From: Lytechinus pictus
Taxonomy: Eukaryota
NCBI RefSeq assembly: GCF_037042905.1
Contig: NC_087259.1
Location: forward strand, 18,228,001 to 18,292,000
Length of the DNA: 64,000 nt
Reading direction: 5' to 3'
Shown here: positions 61,990-64,000 of the stretch, one piece after another
Layout of the letters: each line of letters starts with the position of its first letter
Numbering within the stretch: the stretch's first letter is position 1
The notes under the pieces: generated by a model
Database searches by the model: none
What the model was told of the DNA's origin: nothing
Seen by the model: the letters and a program-made list of their open reading frames with translations, nothing else
Position numbers and translations under genes: made by a program

Positions 61990-64000
61990 GACTCTACAAA
62001 ACACTTTACTGCTTTTTTTTATGACCCCAACCCAAATTCAATATATTTTTCTCCTACAGATGAGGCAGAAATTGCGGATATAATTCATGGCTTAAAAAAT
62101 AAGCAAAGCTCGGGGCATGATGGCATCAACAACATTTTGTTAAAAAAGAATTGTAATACCATTGTTAAACCCTTGGCATATATCTATAATTTATGTATGT
62201 CTACTGGGATTGTTTCTTCATCGCTGAAACTAGCTCGAGTTATACCTGTATTTAAAAAAGGTGACAGTTCTGCGTTAGGTAATTATCGACCCATATCACT
62301 GCTGACCTGTTTTTCTAAAGTACTTGAAAAATTGATATTTGTTCGTACGACGAACCCCTTGCAATTTGGTTTTCGTGAAAATCACAATACTACACATGCA
62401 TTATTAACAATAGTTGATAAGATTGCCAGCGGAATCGACAAGTTTCAACATACTGTTGGGGTATTCCTGGACTTCTCCAAGGCTTTTTATACCATTAATC
62501 ATGAAAATTTATTACACAAACTTAATTATTATGGAGTCAGGGGAATAGCCTTGGAGTGGTTCAGGAACTACCTAGACAATAGAAAACAATTTGTCTCTTT
62601 CGAAAACTTTAACTCCGAAACTTGTTACTTGTGGGGTTCCGCAAGGCTCTATTTTGGGTCCCCTACTTTTTCTTACATACATAAATGATTTTTGTAAGTC
62701 CTCCAATAATGTATCCTTTATTCTGTTTGCTGACGATTCTAATATTTTTTTCTCCCATAAGGATCCACGCCATTTGCTTGCCACCATTAATCACGAACTA
62801 GTACATGTATCTGAATGGATCAAAGCTAATAAACTATCCCTTTATCTCCAAAAAACCAAATTATATGCTCTTTAGTAATATCATAGAGGAACGTCCAGGT
62901 AATATAATTTTCGAAAATACTAATTTACAAAGAGTTGGCAGTACTAAATTTCTTGGGGTAACCATTGATAATAATCTTTCCTGGAAAGAACACGTTGATC
63001 ACATTTGTAAAATTATTTCGAGAAATATTGGTATCATAAACAAAGTAAATTTTTTGTTTCCCACTCATATACTATTCAATTTGTATTCAACTTTGATCCT
63101 GCCTCATTTAAACTACGGTATAACAGCATGGGGGAATTGTGCTGACTGCCTCCTGAACAGAATTTTACTTTTACAGAAAAAGGCTATTCGTATTATTTGT
63201 CATGCAGATTTTCGTTCACACACTGACGAACTTTTCTATAAATATAATATTTTGAAGATTGGTGACTTGTATCGATACAATCTCGGAAAACTCATGTATA
63301 GTTTAGATAAAAATGAACTTCCAAATATTTTTATTCCATGTTTACAAAAAATGTCGATATTCATCATTATCCTACTAGGTCCGCCGGGCTCTTTCATCCA
63401 CCAAGAGCTAGAACCATCCTTTTAAATAAAACATTTATTTTTACAGGTATCAAACTTTGGAACTCCCTTATAGAATCATTACGTAACAAACCAACACATT
63501 TAAGTTTCAGTCGAGGGTTAAAGAAAATTCTTATCCTTGGGTATAAACCCCAGAACTTAAACATTTATGTATAAGCAGCTACCACCTCTTGTTCTTCTAC
63601 CCTTCTTATTTTCTTCCTTCTTCTCTTTTCCCCTCCCTCTCACATTTTTTTTTCTCTCTCTCTCTTCCTATCACATTAATGTCTAGTTCTATTGCTTTTC
63701 TTATTTCCCTGTTTGTCTATGTTTTGTAGTGTGTTTTGTTTTGTTTCTTTTCCTTTTTTTTTCTGTCTTGTCCTGTTCTGTCCTGTTTTGTTTTTGTTTG
63801 TGTGCCTTTTTTGTTTTTGTCTTTGTTTTGCTTTTAGTATTTGTCCTGTCTTGTCCAAGTGATTGTCTCTTCACACACTCCTGAATTCATGTTTTTTTTT
63901 ATACAGCAGGGGTATATATGATATAATATTTTTTGTTAATTGTAACATAGTAGGCATAACAAGCTTGACCCCACTAGTATTCTTTTTCATTGTACAAACC
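61990..64000 (+). mobile_element. 5'-truncated, frameshifted CR1/Crack/Daphne-type LINE (RT ORF2 about 61990-63574 plus 3' UTR)
   Basis: [55 protein letters not shown] motifs spread across three frames. Confidence 0.92.

Noticed and set aside
62137-63574. Active reverse transcriptase gene
   Set aside because: At least three frameshifts and no endonuclease or ORF1; a decayed LINE copy.

Overview
AT-rich, repeat-dense metazoan genomic DNA. The repeat families and gene content suggest an echinoderm (sea-urchin-like) genome; this is an inference. There is one 131-nt N gap (6315-6445). Two convergent intron-rich genes can be spliced by hand with consistent phases. (1) A + strand secreted protein of about 410-420 aa: signal peptide, two C-type lectin domains, a Thr/Ser-rich linker and a PAN/apple-like domain (about 9560/10292-23046). 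(2) A - strand 24-exon gene of about 1257 aa (58663-28450). It joins a leishmanolysin/invadolysin (M8) metalloprotease domain with intact catalytic motifs, in frame, to an EGF-SEA-EGF3-EB-SEA-EGF stalk, a transmembrane helix and a repetitive Tyr-rich cytoplasmic tail. An intron of the lectin gene holds a 2.9-kb element with Polinton/Maverick ends: AGTAGT...ACTACT, apparently perfect 408-bp TIRs and a 6-bp TSD. It carries only a 10-bp variant minisatellite and one intact intronless C2H2-zinc-finger/acidic ORF. The rest is MITEs (Harbinger-, Kolobok-, CMC/EnSpm-, Academ- and piggyBac-like), nested TIR elements, SINE and LINE fragments, and microsatellites. All coordinates were read by eye.
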